NCBI GenBank assembly: GCA_965200495.1
Contig: CBDAUG010000001.1
Coordinates: 2,324,885-2,388,884 of the forward strand
Origin: Alphaproteobacteria bacterium
GTDB taxonomy: Bacteria > Pseudomonadota > Alphaproteobacteria > SP197
DNA length: 64,000 bases
Direction of reading: 5' to 3'
Shown: piece after piece, positions 1 to 13,687 of the stretch
How positions within the stretch are numbered: position 1 is the stretch's first letter
Layout of the letters: each line of letters starts with the position of its first letter
The notes under the pieces: generated by a model
The model's input: the letters and a program-made list of their open reading frames with translations, nothing else
Database searches by the model: none
What the model was told of the DNA's origin: nothing
Made by a program: the position numbers and the translations under genes

Positions 1-3000
1 ACGAGATTCTCGACGAGGGTCTCGAGGGCGTGTTCCGTTCGGTGTTCCCGATCAGTGACGTCTCCGACCGCGCCGATCTCGAGTTCGTGCGCTACCAGAT
101 TGAACCGCCCAAGCATACGGAGATGGAGTGTCTGGCGCGGGATCTGACCTATGCGGCGCCCTTGCGGGTGAAGCTGCGCCTGGTTCTCTATGACGTCGAC
201 CGGGAGATCGGCAAGAGGGAGGTCCGCAACGTCAAGGAGCAGGACGTCTACATGGGCGATATTCCGCTCATGACGGACAAGGGCACGTTCATCGTCAATG
301 GCACCGAGCGCGTCGTGGTCTCGCAGATGCACCGCTCACCGGGAGTTTTCTTCGATCACGACAAGGGCAAGACCCACGCCTCGGGAAAGTTCCTGTTTGC
401 CGCCCGCGTCATCCCCTATCGCGGTTCCTGGCTGGAGTTCGAATTCGACGCCAAGGACATCGTTCACGTGCGCATCGACCGGCGTCGCAAACTGCCCGCC
501 ACGACGATGCTCTTTGCCCTGGGCTATGCGTCCGAGGACATTCTCGAGACGTTCTACGACACGGTGCCCTTCGTGCGCGTCCACCAGGAGTGGACGCTGC
601 CTCTCGAGGACGCCGCCCGGGCGGGCGGCGTCCTCGCATACGATGTCATCGATCTGGCGAAGGAACGTGTGGTGGCCGAAGCCGGCGCGACCCTGCCCAA
701 AAGGGGAAGGACGTCGCGGAATCTTGCCAGTCACGTCAGGGATGACGCCCTTGAAGGGCGCTGCCTTGCCGAGACCGTTGCCGATCCGGAAACCGGCCTC
801 GTCATTGTCGAATCCGGGACGGTGCTGACCCGTCGCGAGCTTTCCGCCCTGGGCTCCCTTGACCTCGACGAGATCACCATGTTCGGCGGTGATTCGCCGA
901 CTGTCATCCTGCGCTCGGGCGAACACAAGAAGTGGTTCGTCCTCTTCGATGTCGCCGCTGCGAGCGGTGGCGAGCTCGCTCACGATCTTCTTGACGTCCG
1001 CTCGGGCGCGGTTGTCGCCCCGGCAGGAACCCCGATCACGGACGCATGGCGTGACGACATCCTGGCAAGGGCCGGGGAGGGGCCTCTCGGTGTCGAGGTG
1101 GCCCGCGACGAGCTCGAAGGGCGCACTGTGGCCGCTGACGTTCCGGGTTCCGGCGACTCGGTGGTTGCCACGGCCGGAACCCGTGTCGACGGCAAGCTGC
1201 TCAACAAGCTGGTGCGCTCCGGCATCGAGAGCATGACACTGTTCGAGCAAGGCGGCACCGTGACCGCCAGGCGTCTCGTCCGGCCGGGCTGGAAGGTGCC
1301 GTTCGACGCGTCGGAATCGTCGGCCCTGCTGGGCACCAAGCTGACGCGTGATCTCGTCAATGCCGCCGATGGCGCCGTCATGGCGACAGCCGGCACCAAA
1401 CTGACCAGGCTGCAGCTGCGAAAACTGGCAAAGACCGGACTTCAGGAGCAGTTCGTCGGTGATGACCTGCTTGTCGGCAGGTTCCTTGCCGGAGATCATA
1501 TCGATGAGACGAACGGGCTGGTTCTCGCCGAGGCCGGCGCCGAAATCGATCGCGAACTGCTCGATCTTCTCGCCAGCCATGGCAACGACGAGGTGACGAC
1601 CCTCGACATCGATCACGTCAAGGTAGGCCCCCATATCTGCAAGACTCTCGGTGTCGACAAGGCTTCGAACCGCGAGGAGGCGCAGATCGAGATCTACAAG
1701 GTGATGCGACCGGGTGATCCGACCACGCCGGAAGCCGCTGCGACTCTTTTCAGGGGCCTCTTCTTCGATGCCGACCGCTATGACCTGTCGACAGTCGGTC
1801 GCGTCAAGATGAACGAGCGCCTTGGTCCCGATCATGGTGAAACCGGTCGCGTGCTGACGCCCGCCGACATCATGGCCTGTCTCAAGACACTGGTGGAACT
1901 GAGGGACGGCAGCGGTGACATCGATGATATCGATCACCTCGGCAACCGGCGCGTACGCTCGGTCGGCGAATTGCTCGAGAACCAGTACAGGGCGAGTCTG
2001 CTGCGTATGGAACGGGCGGTGCGCGAGCGCATGAGCCAGGCCGAACTCGACAAGGAAGTGCCGCACGATCTCATCAACGCCAAGACCACGGCGGTGGCGG
2101 TGCGCGAGTTCTTCGGAGCCTCCCAGCTCTCCCAGTTCATGGAGCAGACCAATCCGCTTTCGGAACTGACCCACAAGCGCCGCCTGTCGGCGCTTGGGCC
2201 GGGCGGGCTGACACGCGAGCGCGCCGGCTTCGAGGTGCGGGACGTGCATCCGACCCACTATGGCCGGATCTGCCCGGTGGAGACGCCGGAAGGACCCAAC
2301 ATCGGTCTGATCAATTCCCTGGCCACCTTCGCCCGTATCAACCAGCACGGATTCATCGAGAGCCCCTACCGCAGGGTCGAGCTGGTTGATGGCGAGCGCC
2401 GGGTGACCGGCGAGATCGAGTACCTCACGGCCATGCAGGAGCGCCTGCATACCATCGCCCAGGCCAATGCCCGGCTCACCGAGGACGGCCGTTTCGCTGA
2501 CGAGCTTGTGTCGTGCCGCCGCAACGGCGAATTCGTCATGGCAGAATCGTCCTATGTCGACATGATGGACGTGTCACCCAAGCAGTTGGTGTCGGTTGCC
2601 GCCGCCCTCATTCCGTTCCTCGAGAACGACGATGCCAACCGCGCCCTCATGGGATCCAACATGCAGCGTCAGGCCGTGCCGCTGATGCGCGCCGAGGCAC
2701 CGCTCGTCGGAACCGGCATGGAAGACGTGGTGGCGCGGGATTCGGTCTCCACCATTGTTGCCCGCCGGGGTGGTGTTGTTGACCAGGTCGACTCCCAGCG
2801 GATCGTCATCAGGGTCAATGAGGCGGAAGCTCTCAACACTCTCAATGTCGACATCTATCCGTTGCTGAAGTTCCAGCGCTCCAACCAGAGCACGTGCATT
2901 CTCCAGCGTCCGCTGGTCAAGACCGGCCAGCGGGTGGAAAGGGGCGAGATTCTCGGCGACGGACCATCGACCGATCATGGCGAGCTGGCGCTTGGCCGCA

Positions 3001-4700
3001 ACGTGCTGTGCGCCTTCATGCCGTGGAACGGCTACAACTTCGAGGATTCGATCCTGATTTCCGAACGCATCGTCAGGGACGATGTCTTCACCTCGATTCA
3101 CATCGAGGAGTTCGAAGTCGTGGCCCGCGACACCAAGCTTGGACCCGAGGAGATCACACGCGACATTCCCAATGCCGGTGACGAGGCGTTGCGCCATCTC
3201 GACGAGGCGGGCATCGTCTACATCGGCGCCGAGGTCGAGGCCGACGACATTCTTGTCGGCAAGATCACCCCGAAGGGCGAGAGCCCGACAACGCCTGAAG
3301 AGAAACTGCTGCGCGCCATCTTCGGCGAAAAGTCCTCGGATGTGCGCGACACCTCGCTTCGCGTGCCTCCCGGGGGACAGGGAACGGTGGTCGAGGTGCG
3401 GGTCTTTTCGCGTGCAAGCTACGATACCGACCAGCGCGCCGAGACCATTCACAGCGCCGAAGTCGACCGCCTCGAGCAGAACCGGGCCGACGAGCACTCG
3501 ATTATCGAGCGAACGGTTCAGGCGCGCCTCCTTGATTTGCTCGACGGCGGCACCGTCAAGCGCGGACCCAAGGGTGTGGCGCGCGGCAGTGTGCTTGACC
3601 GCGAGCGTCTGGACTCCCTCACCCACGGCCAGAGATGGCAGATCGTCGTCGCCGACCGTGACACCATGGAGGCTGTCGAGGAACTCAAGGCGCGCTATGA
3701 CGACAGGATGGCGGATCTCGAGAGACTGCACCGGGGCAGCCTGGAGAAACTCGAGGCGAGCGACGAATTGCAACCTGGTGTGCTCAAGATGGTCAAGATC
3801 TTTGTCGCCGTGAAACGCAAGCTCCAGGCGGGCGACAAGATGGCGGGCCGGCACGGCAACAAGGGGGTCATTTCCCGCATCGTGCCTATCGAGGACATGC
3901 CCTATCTTCAGGATGGGACGCCGGTCGACATCGTGCTCAATCCGCTCGGTGTGCCCAGTCGCATGAATGTCGGGCAGATTCTTGAAACCCACCTTGGCTG
4001 GGCCTGTGCCGGTATCGGCAGGAAGATTGGCCGCATGGTCGACAGCATGACCATCGAGATGCCTCTCGACGGCGACAGGGTGTCGACCCGCGACGACCTG
4101 CGCACCCTGCTCTCCGGGGTCTATGGCGAGGCTCCGGAAAGCGGCCGTTTTTCGGCGATGAAGGATACCGAGCTCATGGAGTTCGCCAACGAGCTGAGGT
4201 CGGGCATTCCCGTCTCCACTCCGGTGTTTGATGGTGCCGGAGAAAGGGAGATCACGGACATGCTCGAGCTTGCCGGCTTTTCCGCCAGCGGCCAGGAGAT
4301 CCTCATCGACGGGCGGACCGGGGAACCCTTCGACCGGCCGGTCACCGTGGGCTATCACTACATCCTGAAACTGCATCACCTCGTCGATGACAAGATTCAC
4401 GCCCGCTCGGTCGGCGCCTACAGTCTTGTCACGCAGCAGCCGCTTGGCGGCAAGGCGCAGTTCGGCGGCCAGAGATTCGGCGAGATGGAGGTGTGGGCCC
4501 TGCAGGCCTACGGTGCGGCCTACACGCTCCAGGAAGTCCTCACCGTCAAGTCGGACGATGTCGCCGGCCGTACGCGGATCTACGAATCCATCGTCAAGGG
4601 TGATCAGTATTTCGAGGCGGGCATTCCGGAGAGCTTCAACGTTCTGGTCAAGGAAATGCAGGCGCTCGGCCTCAATGTCGAGCTTGAACAGGCAGGCTGA
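1..4700 (+). CDS. rpoB: DNA-directed RNA polymerase beta subunit, 5' partial (reading frame open from nt 3)
   Basis: 1556-aa ORF with RpoB motifs throughout; it is followed by rpoC. It contains an expanded lineage-specific insertion (see findings). Confidence 0.97.
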   Translation, partial: EILDEGLEGVFRSVFPISDVSDRADLEFVRYQIEPPKHTEMECLARDLTYAAPLRVKLRLVLYDVDREIGKREVRNVKEQDVYMGDIPLMTDKGTFIVNGTERVVVSQMHRSPGVFFDHDKGKTHASGKFLFAARVIPYRGSWLEFEFDAKDIVHVRIDRRRKLPATTMLFALGYASEDILETFYDTVPFVRVHQEWTLPLEDAARAGGVLAYDVIDLAKERVVAEAGATLPKRGRTSRNLASHVRDDALEGRCLAETVADPETGLVIVESGTVLTRRELSALGSLDLDEITMFGGDSPTVILRSGEHKKWFVLFDVAAASGGELAHDLLDVRSGAVVAPAGTPITDAWRDDILARAGEGPLGVEVARDELEGRTVAADVPGSGDSVVATAGTRVDGKLLNKLVRSGIESMTLFEQGGTVTARRLVRPGWKVPFDASESSALLGTKLTRDLVNAADGAVMATAGTKLTRLQLRKLAKTGLQEQFVGDDLLVGRFLAGDHIDETNGLVLAEAGAEIDRELLDLLASHGNDEVTTLDIDHVKVGPHICKTLGVDKASNREEAQIEIYKVMRPGDPTTPEAAATLFRGLFFDADRYDLSTVGRVKMNERLGPDHGETGRVLTPADIMACLKTLVELRDGSGDIDDIDHLGNRRVRSVGELLENQYRASLLRMERAVRERMSQAELDKEVPHDLINAKTTAVAVREFFGASQLSQFMEQTNPLSELTHKRRLSALGPGGLTRERAGFEVRDVHPTHYGRICPVETPEGPNIGLINSLATFARINQHGFIESPYRRVELVDGERRVTGEIEYLTAMQERLHTIAQANARLTEDGRFADELVSCRRNGEFVMAESSYVDMMDVSPKQLVSVAAALIPFLENDDANRALMGSNMQRQAVPLMRAEAPLVGTGMEDVVARDSVSTIVARRGGVVDQVDSQRIVIRVNEAEALNTLNVDIYPLLKFQRSNQSTCILQRPLVKTGQRVERGEILGDGPSTDHGELALGRNVLCAFMPWNGYNFEDSILISERIVRDDVFTSIHIEEFEVVARDTKLGPEEITRDIPNAGDEALRHLDEAGIVYIGAEVEADDILVGKITPKGESPTTPEEKLLRAIFGEKSSDVRDTSLRVPPGGQGTVVEVRVFSRASYDTDQRAETIHSAEVDRLEQNRADEHSIIERTVQARLLDLLDGGTVKRGPKGVARGSVLDRERLDSLTHGQRWQIVVADRDTMEAVEELKARYDDRMADLERLHRGSLEKLEASDELQPGVLKMVKIFVAVKRKLQAGDKMAGRHGNKGVISRIVPIEDMPYLQDGTPVDIVLNPLGVPSRMNVGQILETHLGWACAGIGRKIGRMVDSMTIEMPLDGDRVSTRDDLRTLLSGVYGEAPESGRFSAMKDTELMEFANELRSGIPVSTPVFDGAGEREITDMLELAGFSASGQEILIDGRTGEPFDRPVTVGYHYILKLHHLVDDKIHARSVGAYSLVTQQPLGGKAQFGGQRFGEMEVWALQAYGAAYTLQEVLTVKSDDVAGRTRIYESIVKGDQYFEAGIPESFNVLVKEMQALGLNVELEQAG

Positions 4701-4724
4701 CCGCCGGTCAACGGGAGACAGGGC

Positions 4725-7700
4725 ATGAATGAGTTGATGCGCATATTCGGTCAGGCAACCGGTATCGAAAGCTTCGACCAGATCAGGATTTCAATCGCCA
4801 GTCCCGAGACCATCCGGTCGTGGTCCTTTGGCGAGGTCAAGAAGCCGGAAACCATCAACTACCGAACGTTCAAGCCGGAGCGCGATGGCCTGATGTGCGC
4901 CCGTATCTTCGGCCCGACCAAGGATTACGAGTGCCTGTGCGGCAAGTACAAGCGCATGAAGTTCAGGGGTATCGTGTGTGAGCGCTGCGGGGTCGAGGTC
5001 ATCAAGGCGAAGGTGCGCCGTGAACGCATGGGACATATCGATCTTGCGGCTCCGGTTGCCCACATCTGGTTCCTGAAGTCGTTGCCGAGCCGCATCGGTC
5101 TGCTGCTCGACATGACCCTCAAGTCTCTGGAACAGGTTCTCTACTTCGAGCAGTACATCGTCACCGATCCGGGGCTGACGCCGTTTGAACGCGGCGAGTT
5201 GCTGACCGACGCCGAGTATGACGAGGCGGTCGACGAGTACGGCGAGGACGCCTTCAGTGCCGGCATGGGCGCCGAGGCCGTGCGCAGCATGCTGTCCATG
5301 ATCGATCTGCATGACGAGAGCGCGGCGCTGCGCGAGGAGCTCGCGGAGACGAATTCGGAGGCCAAGCGCAAGAAGATTGTCAAGCGGCTCAAGCTCATCG
5401 AAACCTTCCGTGAGTCGGGCAACAGGCCCGAGTGGATGATCATGGAGGTCATCCCGGTCATCCCGCCCGAACTGCGGCCTCTGGTGCCGCTCAACGGCGG
5501 GCGTTTTGCCACCTCTGATCTCAACGATCTCTATCGCCGCGTGATCAACCGCAACAACCGGCTCAAGCGTCTCATGGAACTGCACGCACCGGAGATCATC
5601 GTGCGCAACGAGAAGCGCATGTTGCAGGAAGCGGTCGACGCGCTGTTCGACAATGGCCGGCGTGGCCGCACCATCACGGGCGCAAACAAACGGCCGCTGC
5701 GCTCGCTTTCGGACATGCTCAAGGGCAAGCAGGGACGTTTCCGCCAGAACCTGCTCGGCAAGCGGGTCGACTATTCCGGGCGTTCGGTGATCGTCGTCGG
5801 ACCGGAGCTCAAGCTTCATCAGTGCGGCCTTCCCAAGAAGATGGCCCTCGAGCTCTTCAAGCCCTTCATCTATTCCAGGCTCGAGATGTACGGCAAGGCG
5901 TCGACGATCAAGGCAGCCAAGCGTCTCGTCGAGCAGGAGCGGCCCGAGGTCTGGGACATCCTCGAGGAGGTGATTCGCGAGCATCCTGTGCTGCTCAACC
6001 GGGCGCCCACGCTGCACCGGCTTGGCATCCAGGCCTTCGAGCCGGTTCTGATCGAGGGCAAGGCGATTCAGCTCCACCCCCTGGTCTGCGCCGCCTTCAA
6101 TGCTGATTTCGACGGCGACCAGATGGCGGTCCACGTGCCGCTGTCGATCGAATCGCAACTCGAGGCCCGGGTCCTCATGATGTCAACCAACAACATCCTG
6201 TCGCCGGCCAATGGCAAGCCGATCATCGTGCCGTCGCAGGATATCATTCTCGGGCTCTATGACCTTTCGCTCGAGATTGCCGGCCAGACCGGCGAGGGCA
6301 TGGTGTTCCGCGGCATCGGCGAGATCGAACATGCCCTGCATGTCGGCGCCGTGCGGATGCATGCGAAGATTCGCGCACGCCGCTACGTCGATGATGGAGA
6401 GGGCGGCCGGACCTCGATCATTGTCGAGACCACGCCCGGACGCATGATGCTCGCACGGTTGCTTCCCGACCATCCCGAGCTCCCCTTCGATCTCGTCAAC
6501 CGGGTCCTCACCAAGCGCGAGATTTCGGGCCTCATCGACAGGGTCTACCGCTACTGCGGCCAGAAGGAGACGGTGCTCTTCTGCGACCGCATCATGAACC
6601 TCGGATTCCGCCACGCCTGCGATGCCGGCATCTCCTTCGGCAAGGATGACATGGTGATCCCCGACGGCAAGGAATCCCTGGTGCGCGCCACCCAGGAGAA
6701 AGTGCGCGAGTACGAGAAGCAGTACATGGACGGCGTCATCACCCAGGGCGAGCGCTACAACAAGGTCATCGACGAGTGGTCTCACTGCACCGACAAGGTG
6801 GCGGACGCGCTGATGTCCGGACTCTCGCAGCCGGGCGGCGAAGACGACAGCCGGCGGATGAACGCGATCTACATGATGGCCCATTCCGGCGCCCGTGGCG
6901 CACCGGCGCAGATCAGGCAGCTTGCCGGCATGCGCGGTCTCATGGCCAAGCCCTCGGGCGAGATCATCGAAACGCCGATCATCGCCAACTTCAAGGAGGG
7001 TCTTTCGGTTGGCGAGTACTTCAACTCGACCCACGGCGCCCGCAAGGGACTGGCCGATACGGCTCTCAAGACAGCCAATTCCGGCTATCTGACGCGCCGC
7101 CTGGTGGATGTTGCGCAGGACTGCGTTGTCGTCACCGAGGATTGCGGCACCACCGAGGGAATCGATGTCAAGGCCGTGGTTCAGGGGTCGGAAGAGATCG
7201 TCTCCCTGGCCGAACGGGTGCTTGGCCGGTTCACGCTGGGCGCGGTGGTCAACCCGAAGGACGACACGGTGCTGGTCGAAGCCGACACGATGATCGAGGA
7301 ACGTCACATGGAGGCGATCCGGGATTCGGGACTGGAGCAGATCCGCATCCGCTCGGTGTTGTCGTGCGCAACGCGGCTCGGGGTCTGTGCGCGGTGCTAC
7401 GGACGTGACCTTGCGCGTGGCACGCCCGTCAATATCGGCGAGGCCGTCGGCGTCATCGCGGCGCAGTCCATTGGCGAGCCGGGCACCCAGCTGACGATGC
7501 GGACCTTCCACATCGGCGGTTCTGCCCAGCGCGGTGACGAGACGTCATCCATCGACACCCCGGTCGCCGGCGCCGTCGGTATCCGCAACTCCCAGCTCGT
7601 GACCGACAGCGACAACAACATCATCGTCCTGGCGCGCAACAGCGAGGTCTTCATCATCGACGATGACGGCCGCGAGCGGTTTGCCAAGCGGCTGCCCTAT

Positions 7701-8921
7701 GGATCGCGTCTGCTGGCCGGGGCCGAGACGTCAGTCGAACGGGGCGACACCCTGGCGCGATGGGATCCCTACACCCGCCCGGTGATCACCGACCGCAGCG
7801 GCCAGGTCGCCTTCAGGGACCTGACGGAGGGCAAGACGCTGCGCGAAACTCTCGACGAAACCAGTGGCATGAGCAGCCAGGTCGTTGTCGACTGGGCGCA
7901 GCAGTCGCGCGGCGCCGGCCTGCGGCCGCGCATCGTCGTCAGTGCGGATGGAGACGATGAATCCAAGGATTTCGAACTGTCGGTAGGCGCGGTGCTTTCC
8001 GTGGAGAACGGTCAGCAGGTGCGGCCGGGAGACGTGCTGGCGCGAATCCCCCGGGATTCCGTCACCAACACGGATATCACCGGTGGTCTGCCACGGGTGG
8101 CCGAACTCTTCGAGGCGCGCAAGCCCAAGGACCACTGGATCATCGCCGAGAACGATGGCCGGGTGGCCTTTGGCAAGGACTACAAGAACAAGCGGCGCCT
8201 CCACGTCAAGTCGGAGGATGATGAGGAGTCGCGGGAGTATCTGTTGCCCAAGGGCAAGCACATCGTCGTCAACGATGGCGATGAGGTGCGGCGCGGCGAC
8301 ATTCTCATCGATGGCAGTCCGGTGCCGCATGACATTCTCCGGGTCCTCGGCACCGAGGCTCTCGCCAACTATCTCATCGACGAGATTCAGGGTGTGTACC
8401 GCCTTCAGGGCGTGCGGATCGACGACAAGCATATCGAAGTGATCTGCCAGCAGATGCTGCAGAAGGTTGAAATCAGCACGCCGGGCGACACCATGTTCCT
8501 CGTGGGCGAGCAGGTCGACAAGAACGAGTTCGAGGATGCCAATGCAACGATAAGGGAACGCAACGAGAGGGATGCGGACACGGCAGAGCGGGTTCTCGAG
8601 GAGGCGACGGCAACGCCGGTTCTCCAGGGGATTACCAAGGCCAGTCTGCAGACCGGTTCGTTCATCTCTGCTGCCTCGTTCCAGGAAACCACGCGGGTGC
8701 TGACCGAGGCCGCCGTGACGGGCAAGCGCGACACGCTTGCCGGCCTCAAGGAAAATGTCATCGTCGGCCGTCTCATTCCTGCCGGGACCGGACGCGTCAC
8801 CCAGCGTTTGCGCAGCATCGAGGAGATGAACCGCCCCCGGTTGCCCCTCGAGGACGAGGACATGCCCGATGGCGGCCATCTGTCGCTGGAGAGCGACGCA
8901 TCACATCTGGTTGCGGAATAG
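4725..8921 (+). CDS. rpoC: DNA-directed RNA polymerase beta' subunit
   Basis: 1398 aa. It has the zinc-binding CxxC...CxxC N-terminus and the NADFDGD catalytic motif. Confidence 0.97.
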   Translation: MNELMRIFGQATGIESFDQIRISIASPETIRSWSFGEVKKPETINYRTFKPERDGLMCARIFGPTKDYECLCGKYKRMKFRGIVCERCGVEVIKAKVRRERMGHIDLAAPVAHIWFLKSLPSRIGLLLDMTLKSLEQVLYFEQYIVTDPGLTPFERGELLTDAEYDEAVDEYGEDAFSAGMGAEAVRSMLSMIDLHDESAALREELAETNSEAKRKKIVKRLKLIETFRESGNRPEWMIMEVIPVIPPELRPLVPLNGGRFATSDLNDLYRRVINRNNRLKRLMELHAPEIIVRNEKRMLQEAVDALFDNGRRGRTITGANKRPLRSLSDMLKGKQGRFRQNLLGKRVDYSGRSVIVVGPELKLHQCGLPKKMALELFKPFIYSRLEMYGKASTIKAAKRLVEQERPEVWDILEEVIREHPVLLNRAPTLHRLGIQAFEPVLIEGKAIQLHPLVCAAFNADFDGDQMAVHVPLSIESQLEARVLMMSTNNILSPANGKPIIVPSQDIILGLYDLSLEIAGQTGEGMVFRGIGEIEHALHVGAVRMHAKIRARRYVDDGEGGRTSIIVETTPGRMMLARLLPDHPELPFDLVNRVLTKREISGLIDRVYRYCGQKETVLFCDRIMNLGFRHACDAGISFGKDDMVIPDGKESLVRATQEKVREYEKQYMDGVITQGERYNKVIDEWSHCTDKVADALMSGLSQPGGEDDSRRMNAIYMMAHSGARGAPAQIRQLAGMRGLMAKPSGEIIETPIIANFKEGLSVGEYFNSTHGARKGLADTALKTANSGYLTRRLVDVAQDCVVVTEDCGTTEGIDVKAVVQGSEEIVSLAERVLGRFTLGAVVNPKDDTVLVEADTMIEERHMEAIRDSGLEQIRIRSVLSCATRLGVCARCYGRDLARGTPVNIGEAVGVIAAQSIGEPGTQLTMRTFHIGGSAQRGDETSSIDTPVAGAVGIRNSQLVTDSDNNIIVLARNSEVFIIDDDGRERFAKRLPYGSRLLAGAETSVERGDTLARWDPYTRPVITDRSGQVAFRDLTEGKTLRETLDETSGMSSQVVVDWAQQSRGAGLRPRIVVSADGDDESKDFELSVGAVLSVENGQQVRPGDVLARIPRDSVTNTDITGGLPRVAELFEARKPKDHWIIAENDGRVAFGKDYKNKRRLHVKSEDDEESREYLLPKGKHIVVNDGDEVRRGDILIDGSPVPHDILRVLGTEALANYLIDEIQGVYRLQGVRIDDKHIEVICQQMLQKVEISTPGDTMFLVGEQVDKNEFEDANATIRERNERDADTAERVLEEATATPVLQGITKASLQTGSFISAASFQETTRVLTEAAVTGKRDTLAGLKENVIVGRLIPAGTGRVTQRLRSIEEMNRPRLPLEDEDMPDGGHLSLESDASHLVAE

Positions 8922-9126
8922 GAGCCGGAATTTTCGCCGCTGCAGGGACTTGACCGCGTGATGGGCGGGCTCTATGGTGCGCGTCCCCTTGCCGCCCTTC
9001 GGGGGAGGGGAAGGGGAAACCCTTGAACACACTCCCACGATCCCGGGGCGCGGGCCACACGGGAGAACGGGCAGTGTCGTGTTTGTGTGAGTGTCGTGTT
9101 CGTATGAAGGAACGGAAGCCAGGCGC

Positions 9127-9498
9127 ATGCCGACAGTGAACCAGCTCATCCGCAAGCCGCGCAAGCCGCGGCGGCCGCGCAACAAGGTGCCGGCCCTCGA
9201 GGCCTGTCCGCAGAAGCGCGGCGTGTGTACCCGTGTCTACACGACGACGCCCAAGAAGCCGAATTCGGCCCTGCGCAAGGTGGCGCGCGTCCGTCTGACC
9301 AACGGCTTTGAGGTCACGAGCTACATCCCGGGTGAGGGGCACAATCTGCAGGAGCATTCGGTGGTCATGATCAGGGGGGGGCGCGTCAAGGATCTGCCCG
9401 GGGTGCGCTACCATATCATTCGCGGCACTCTCGATACCCAGGGTATTGCCGCGCGCCGCCAGAGCCGTTCCAAGTACGGCGCCAAGCGCCCCAGGTAG
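9127..9498 (+). CDS. rpsL: 30S ribosomal protein S12
   Basis: The product begins [13 protein letters not shown]. The internal Met of ORF 9091-9498 was taken as the start. Confidence 0.95.
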   Translation: MPTVNQLIRKPRKPRRPRNKVPALEACPQKRGVCTRVYTTTPKKPNSALRKVARVRLTNGFEVTSYIPGEGHNLQEHSVVMIRGGRVKDLPGVRYHIIRGTLDTQGIAARRQSRSKYGAKRPR

Positions 9499-9513
9499 GA
9501 GAGGGACCCCGCC

Positions 9514-9984
9514 ATGTCACGCCGCCGCGCCGCCGAAAGGCGGGATGTCCTTCCCGACGCACTCCATGGTGACATCGTGCTCACCAAGTTCATCAACAGC
9601 GTCATGCGCGATGGCAAGAAGGCGGTCGCCGAGGGCATCGTCTATGGCGCCCTCGACAGGATTCGCGACACCACCGCGCAGGATCCCATCGGCGTCTTTC
9701 ATCTGGCCTTGAACGCGGTCAGGCCGGCTGTCGAGGTGCGTTCCCGGCGTATCGGCGGGGCCACCTACCAGGTGCCTGTCGAGGTCGGTCCCGACAGGCA
9801 GCAGGCGCTGGCCATCCGCTGGCTTATCGGCGCCGCGCGGGCGCGTTCCGAAACCACCATGGTCCAGCGCCTTTCGGGCGAGTTCCTGGATGCCTCGCGG
9901 CAGCGTGGTGCTGCCGTCAAGAAACGTGAAGACACCCACCGGATGGCGGACGCAAACAAGGCGTTTTCGCATTACCGCTGGTAG
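9514..9984 (+). CDS. rpsG: 30S ribosomal protein S7
   Basis: 156 aa, S7-like and ending HYRW, in the rpsL-rpsG-fusA order. Confidence 0.95.
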   Translation: MSRRRAAERRDVLPDALHGDIVLTKFINSVMRDGKKAVAEGIVYGALDRIRDTTAQDPIGVFHLALNAVRPAVEVRSRRIGGATYQVPVEVGPDRQQALAIRWLIGAARARSETTMVQRLSGEFLDASRQRGAAVKKREDTHRMADANKAFSHYRW

Positions 9985-10038
9985 CGGTCGACGCTGGTAA
10001 CCCGGGGCCCTCCGAAGCGACCCCAAGGACGAGCAGAA

Positions 10039-12114
10039 ATGACACGACGTCACCCCATAGAGCGCTATCGCAACATCGGCATCATGGCCCACATCGATGC
10101 CGGCAAGACGACCACGACCGAGCGTATCCTCTACTACACCGGCCGATCACACAAAATCGGCGAAGTCCATGAGGGCACGGCCACCATGGACTGGATGGAG
10201 CAGGAACAGGAGCGTGGCATCACGATCACCTCTGCGGCGACCACCGCCCACTGGCGCGACCATCGGATCAACATCATCGACACCCCCGGTCACGTCGACT
10301 TTACCATCGAGGTCGAGCGCAGCCTGCGCGTCCTTGACGGTGCCGTGGCGGTCTTCGACGCCGTCTCGGGAGTCGAGCCACAGTCCGAAACCGTGTGGCG
10401 CCAGGCTGACAAGTACGGTGTGCCGCGCATCTGCTTCGTCAACAAGATGGACCGTGTCGGTGCCGATTTTTTCCGTTGCGTCGCCATGATCGTCGAACGT
10501 TTCGGCGTCAGGCCGGCGGTGCTGCAACTGCCTGTGGGGACGGAAGGGGACTTCCGCGGCGTCGTCGATCTCGTGACCATGAAGGCCCTGATCTGGCACG
10601 ACGATGTCAAGGGAGCGCGCTTCGAGGAAACGGACATTCCCGCAGCGTTGCAGGCTGACGCCAGCGAACGGCGCTCGCAACTGGTCGAGACCGTTGTCGA
10701 ACATGACAACGACGCCATGGAAGCCTATCTCGATGGGGTCGATCCCGACGCCGAAACCCTCGTGCGGTGCATCCGCGCGGGAACGCTCGAGAGAACCGCT
10801 GTTCCGGTGCTGCTCGGCAGCGCCTTCAAGAACAAGGGTGTCCAGCCACTGCTCGACGCCGTGACCTGCTATCTGCCATCACCCCTCGATGTGCCGCCGA
10901 TTCGCGGTGTCGCAGCGAAAACCGGTGAAGACGTGACACGGGAAAGCAGTGACGATGCGCCGTTCGCTGCTCTTGCCTTCAAGGTGATGGCCGACAAGTA
11001 TGTCGGCACGCTCACCTTCGCCCGGATCTATTCCGGGGTCCTCAAGACCGGTGATCAGCTGTTCAACGCCGCCAAGGAATCCCGTGGACGCGCCGGACGC
11101 ATGCTGCTCATGCACGCCAACAGCCGCGAGGATATCGACGAAGCGCGCGCCGGCGACATTGTTGCCCTGTGCGGGCTCAAGGGGACGACCACGGGCGACA
11201 CCATCTGTGCGCCGAAGGAACCGGTGGTCCTCGAGCGCATGGAGTTTCCCGATCCGGTCATCGAGGTCGCGGTGGAACCGAAGACCCGCGCCGACCACGA
11301 CCGCATGGGGATGGCGTTGACCAGACTGGCTGGCGAGGACCCGTCCTTCAGGGTGTCGACGGACGAGGAGTCGGCGCAGACGATCATCAGGGGCATGGGT
11401 GAACTGCACCTCGAGATCATCGTTGACAGAATGCGCCGTGAATTCAATGTCGAGGCCAATATCGGCGCTCCCCAGGTTGCCTACCGGGAGACGCTGACAC
11501 GACCCTTTGACGTCGACTATGTGCACCGCAAGCAGACCGGCGGCGCCGGTCAGTACGCCAGGGTGTGCATTCTCTTCGAGCCGGGGGACTCCGGTTCGGG
11601 AATCGAATTCGTCAGCCAGATTGCCGGCGGCAATGTGCCGAGGGAGTACATCCCCTCGGTCAAGGCCGGGATCGAGAGAGCGGCGGTTTCGGGTGTCCTG
11701 GCAGGTTTTCCGATGACCGACTTCAGGGCGACACTCCATGACGGCGCCTTCCATGCTGTCGATTCCAGCGCCATGGCCTTCGAGGTGGCGGCGCGCGCAG
11801 CATTCCGCGAAGGCGCCCTCGCAGCGGCGCCGAGGCTGCTTGAGCCGGTCATGCGGGTCGAGGTCGTGACACCCGAGGAGCACATGGGAGACGTCATGGG
11901 CGATTTCAACAGCCGCCGCGGGCAGATCCAGGGTCTCGAGCCCCGGGGCAATGCCCAGGTGGTGCGGGCCCGGGTGCCGCTCGGGACGATGTTCGGGTAT
12001 GTCAATGATCTGCGCTCGATGAGCCAGGGACGGGCGACCTTCACCATGCATTTCGATTCCTATGAACCCGTGCCCGACATGGTTTCTGAAGAGCTGCGGG
12101 CCCATATCGCCTGA
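10039..12114 (+). CDS. fusA: elongation factor G
   Basis: 691 aa with the GTPase motifs AHIDAGKTT and DTPGHVDF. Confidence 0.96.
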   Translation: MTRRHPIERYRNIGIMAHIDAGKTTTTERILYYTGRSHKIGEVHEGTATMDWMEQEQERGITITSAATTAHWRDHRINIIDTPGHVDFTIEVERSLRVLDGAVAVFDAVSGVEPQSETVWRQADKYGVPRICFVNKMDRVGADFFRCVAMIVERFGVRPAVLQLPVGTEGDFRGVVDLVTMKALIWHDDVKGARFEETDIPAALQADASERRSQLVETVVEHDNDAMEAYLDGVDPDAETLVRCIRAGTLERTAVPVLLGSAFKNKGVQPLLDAVTCYLPSPLDVPPIRGVAAKTGEDVTRESSDDAPFAALAFKVMADKYVGTLTFARIYSGVLKTGDQLFNAAKESRGRAGRMLLMHANSREDIDEARAGDIVALCGLKGTTTGDTICAPKEPVVLERMEFPDPVIEVAVEPKTRADHDRMGMALTRLAGEDPSFRVSTDEESAQTIIRGMGELHLEIIVDRMRREFNVEANIGAPQVAYRETLTRPFDVDYVHRKQTGGAGQYARVCILFEPGDSGSGIEFVSQIAGGNVPREYIPSVKAGIERAAVSGVLAGFPMTDFRATLHDGAFHAVDSSAMAFEVAARAAFREGALAAAPRLLEPVMRVEVVTPEEHMGDVMGDFNSRRGQIQGLEPRGNAQVVRARVPLGTMFGYVNDLRSMSQGRATFTMHFDSYEPVPDMVSEELRAHIA

Positions 12115-12152
12115 ACGCGAGCCACCCTGAAAGGACAGACAGAGGCAACCTC

Positions 12153-13343
12153 ATGGCCAAGGAGAAGTTTGAGCGTACGAAGCCGCATGCGAACATTGGG
12201 ACGATTGGGCATGTGGATCACGGCAAGACGACGCTGACGGCGGCGATCACGCGGATTCTGTCGCGCACGGGGGGTGCGACGTACACGGATTATGCGTCGA
12301 TTGACAAGGCTCCTGAGGAGCGTGAGCGCGGGATTACGATCAACACGGCGCATGTTGAGTACGAGACGCAAGGTCGTCACTACGCGCATGTCGACTGTCC
12401 TGGTCATGCTGATTATGTGAAGAACATGATCACGGGTGCGGCGCAGATGGACGGTGCGATTCTGGTTGTGTCGGCGGCGGACGGCCCGATGCCGCAGACG
12501 CGCGAGCATATTCTTCTGGCGCGTCAGGTGGGTGTTCCGGCGATTGTGGTGTACCTGAACAAGGTTGACCAGGTTGACGACGAGGAGCTTCTGGAGCTTG
12601 TGGAGCTGGAGGTTCGGGAGTTGCTGGACGAGTACCGTTTTCCTGGCGACGAGATTCCTGTGGTGCGTGGTTCGGCCCTTGCGGCGATGGAGGATGGCGA
12701 TGCGGCGACGGGTGAGCAGTCGGTTCTTGCGTTGATGGCGGCGGTTGATTCCTACATTCCGACGCCGGAGCGTGCTGTTGACCGTCCGTTTTTGATGCCG
12801 ATTGAGGATGTGTTTTCGATTTCGGGTCGCGGCACGGTTGTGACGGGTCGGGTGGAGCGCGGGATTGTGAAGGTTGGCGACGAGGTTGAGATTGTTGGTC
12901 TTCGCGAGACGTCGAAGACGGTGTGTACGGGTGTGGAGATGTTCCGCAAGCTTCTTGATTCGGGAGAGGCGGGGGACAACATCGGCGTTCTTCTGCGTGG
13001 CACGCGTCGCGATGACGTGGAGCGTGGCCAGGTTCTGGCGCGTCCGGGGACGATCACGCCGCACACGCGTTTCAAGGCGGAGACCTATGTTCTCACGAAG
13101 GAGGAGGGCGGCCGTCACACGCCGTTTTTCACCAACTACCGTCCGCAGTTTTACTTCCGGACGACGGACGTGACGGGTCATGTCCAGCTTCCCGAAGGGA
13201 TCGAGATGGTGATGCCCGGAGACAACGTGACGATGGATGTGGAACTGATTGCGCCGATTGCCATGGACGAGGGCCTGCGTTTTGCCATACGCGAGGGTGG
13301 CCGTACCGTCGGTGCCGGCGTCGTCGCCGACATCGTCGATTGA
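12153..13343 (+). CDS. tuf: elongation factor Tu
   Basis: 396 aa with [10 protein letters not shown] and DCPGHADY motifs. Confidence 0.97.
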   Translation: MAKEKFERTKPHANIGTIGHVDHGKTTLTAAITRILSRTGGATYTDYASIDKAPEERERGITINTAHVEYETQGRHYAHVDCPGHADYVKNMITGAAQMDGAILVVSAADGPMPQTREHILLARQVGVPAIVVYLNKVDQVDDEELLELVELEVRELLDEYRFPGDEIPVVRGSALAAMEDGDAATGEQSVLALMAAVDSYIPTPERAVDRPFLMPIEDVFSISGRGTVVTGRVERGIVKVGDEVEIVGLRETSKTVCTGVEMFRKLLDSGEAGDNIGVLLRGTRRDDVERGQVLARPGTITPHTRFKAETYVLTKEEGGRHTPFFTNYRPQFYFRTTDVTGHVQLPEGIEMVMPGDNVTMDVELIAPIAMDEGLRFAIREGGRTVGAGVVADIVD

Positions 13344-13368
13344 GAATCGGGGCAGGGGAACGAAGGCC

Positions 13369-13677
13369 ATGGCGGGACAGAACATCAGAATCAGGCTCAG
13401 GGCCTTCGATCATCGTCTGCTCGACCAGTCGACCAGCGAAATCGTCTCCACGGCACGGCGCACCGGCGCCACGGTCAAGGGTCCCATTCCCCTGCCGACA
13501 AGGATCGAGAAATTCACGGTCCTGAGAGGGCCCCATATCGACAAGGAGTCACGCGAGCAGTTCGAGATTCGCACCCACAAACGCCTTATCGACATCGTCG
13601 AACCCACACCGCAGACCGTCGATGCGCTCATGAAGCTCGACCTCGCGGCCGGAGTCGATGTCGAGATCAAGCTGTGA
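13369..13677 (+). CDS. rpsJ: 30S ribosomal protein S10
   Basis: The product begins [19 protein letters not shown]. The internal start of ORF 13249-13677 was used. Confidence 0.93.
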   Translation: MAGQNIRIRLRAFDHRLLDQSTSEIVSTARRTGATVKGPIPLPTRIEKFTVLRGPHIDKESREQFEIRTHKRLIDIVEPTPQTVDALMKLDLAAGVDVEIKL

Positions 13678-13687
13678 GGTGAGGGCG

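Noticed and set aside
336-2450. 704-aa minus-strand ORF (and many 60-250-aa ORFs on both strands) inside rpoB/rpoC, e.g. 2574-4400, 4791-6158, 6183-7511, 7731-8879
   Set aside because: Antisense or out-of-frame to unmistakable RNA polymerase coding sequence. Stop-codon-poor antisense frames are expected at 65% GC. The products are Arg/Pro/Ala-rich low-complexity.
8940-9060. Possible rpoC terminator hairpin (ccc-ttcg-ggg) after the rpoC stop
   Set aside because: Only a 3-bp stem with a UUCG-like loop and no U tract. Too weak to call.
10879-13385. 408- and 441-aa minus-strand ORFs opposite fusA and tuf
   Set aside because: Antisense to EF-G and EF-Tu. High-GC artefact.
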